The notes below the pieces were generated by a model. The model saw nothing but the letters and a program-made list of their open reading frames with translations, was not told the DNA's origin and made no database searches. The position numbers and the translations under genes are program-made. From assembly GCF_009914755.1 (NCBI RefSeq), contig NC_060932.1: a DNA stretch of 64,000 bases. One strand, written 5' to 3'. Positions 62,206 to 64,000 of the stretch are shown here, piece by piece. Source of the stretch: the human T2T-CHM13v2.0 reference genome, Homo sapiens. How positions within the stretch are numbered: the first letter of the stretch is position 1; each line of letters begins with the position of its first letter.

Positions 62206-64000
62206 GAAGGTGAGACTCATATTGATGGAAGTAACAAAATAGAAGGTCTTCACTATGTAACATTTTGTCCCTGGTTTATACAGGTCATACCTGTGAGTTT
62301 TGGGGATCAAATGCCAGGCTCAGAAACTGGAAGTTAACCTCAATATCTGAGCCTTTGTCTGTGCCTTCCACTAACTGATGATCTCCTGGAAAATGCCTGT
62401 GAACCTGGGCTTGTGGCAGGATAGCTCGTTGCTTTAGTGCCAACTGCTCCTCATCCCATCCGACAGGGCCAAAGCTGGCTTTGGCTGGGTAATGTTCTCA
62501 TAAGCCGTATTTTCAGTGGAGCTTTGTACCTGTCACATGCTTGTGACAATTTTTAAAGAAAAAATTTGATATTCTTTTATTTTAAATGACTGTTATTAAG
62601 CACTCTAAAAAGGCGAGTTTATTGGATAACTTCATATCCCTTTAAGATGACTTGTTCTTCCATGATGAAACCAATTTTTCTTTTTTTGAAAAGTCCTTGA
62701 AGGTATACTCCATGCCCTTCTTAGAACTGCAACAAGTGATTTTTAAAAAAGTAAACTGTGATGTGTGGCTCATTATGAAAATGCTATATGAGTTACAACC
62801 CAGTTTATTTTAGATGCAATTCAAATCCTACCTTTATAATTTTATAAAGAGCAATTTCAGTGTCTCTCTGTCTAGTAAGTGGTTGGCTTTCAGGTCAGGA
62901 AAGAAACAACTACTCCAGCAACACATCACCCTTCAACTCCTCTTCCGTGCCTTGCACCAGCAAGCCTTCCCACTCAAGCAAAGTCACCATAAATTGGCAA
63001 TCCATTAACTAGTAGGTACTGTATGTTCCAGGAGTGCCACCTCTCCCTCCCGCACCCCATCGCATGGATACTTACTTTTTAATGTGTCAGGTAACAATGA
63101 GCTCCTTAAATTATTTGTCTGAATTTACTCTCTGTAAACTAGAAAGGGAACTACATACCAGGAAGGCCAACAACTCATAAATCTTCCTGGGGGTCAGGTC
63201 AACTTTTAGGAAGGAGTGGTTGAATCCAAGGATTGAGTGGATGGATTGGGTTTGAAAGAACCACTGCAGAGAATCTGAGAGAAAGCACTGATTGAGAATT
63301 ATATAAAGGAATTGCCAAGGAGCATTGAAGGCTCAATATTCTCCTTGAGTTGGAAAAAGAAAAAGTGTACAATGTTCAGTTATAAAAGATCTCCAGCAAT
63401 TTACCTCTTACTATGTGGCCTTGTTGAGATATTTGTATTAATTCTTGTTAAGGACTTTGTATTGACTATAGCCACATTTTGAACGGTCTGCTCCCACAGT
63501 ATACTGTTAATTGATAGAGTAGCCCAATAATGGTAGCTTCTGCTTTTCGGAACGACCTCTCTTTCTCCTCCTCTCTCTCCCTGTAAATATCACAGAAGAG
63601 AAAGAATAAGAGAACAGTGGATAGAATGTCTGTAATGATAAGAAGCATGCACTTCGTGTCATTTTATTCTTCTGAAATGTAGATTTCATGGCGACTCTTG
63701 AAAAGTAAAACATTTTTGAGTTCCTTTTCAGGTGGAGAATTGTTGGAAGTTCTTTGGATCTTGTGCTTTGTTAGTTAAATAGTTTTAGCGTTCCTTAGAA
63801 ACCAAAGAATTTTATAGACATCTTAGTTAGGAAATTTTGCGGAAAGTATTTCTTCATATACACGACACAGAGCAGAATTTTTAACTGAATTTATGTGAAA
63901 ATATTTTAGAACTGAGATTAAACTAGTATCATGACACATGATTTGCACATAAACAACTGATACAATACTTTTAAAGTATTCCTCTTTATATTTTCAAAGC

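Overview
Primate (human-like, AluY present) non-coding genomic DNA. I found no credible protein-coding gene. The supplied ORFs come from Alu, L1 or simple repeats, or are GC-rich chance ORFs. About 40 Alu elements or fragments (roughly a fifth of the window) sit among fossil L1, L2, MIR and L3 LINE/SINE fragments, solo LTRs (THE1/MST, MLT1, MLT2, MER31-, MER54- and MER67-like) and DNA transposons (MER5, MER2, MADE1). Non-repeat signals are an ~0.8 kb CpG island at 7.4-8.25 kb with no associated coding exon, and a compact CRE+TATA promoter-like module at ~49.1-49.25 kb followed ~240 nt later by a MADE1 (miR-548-type) hairpin. There is also a second full CRE next to a CTCF-like site at ~36.3-36.4 kb and a strong CTCF motif at 45.4 kb. 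The least routine structures are several local copy-paste scars: a ~225-bp inverted duplication (26.8 vs 29.0 kb) with a hairpin junction; a 106-bp, 96%-identical inverted copy (47.0 vs 47.7 kb) that ends at an Alu target site; a near-perfect 54-bp AT-rich palindrome (57.9 kb); a 28-nt U6 snRNA fragment inside an Alu linker (50.77 kb); and an orphan poly(A) insertion with a TSD-like flank (61.87 kb). Repeat families were called by eye from remembered consensus sequences, so subfamily labels and the boundaries of old repeats are approximate. I cannot identify the locus, and I cannot honestly claim a new biological system.
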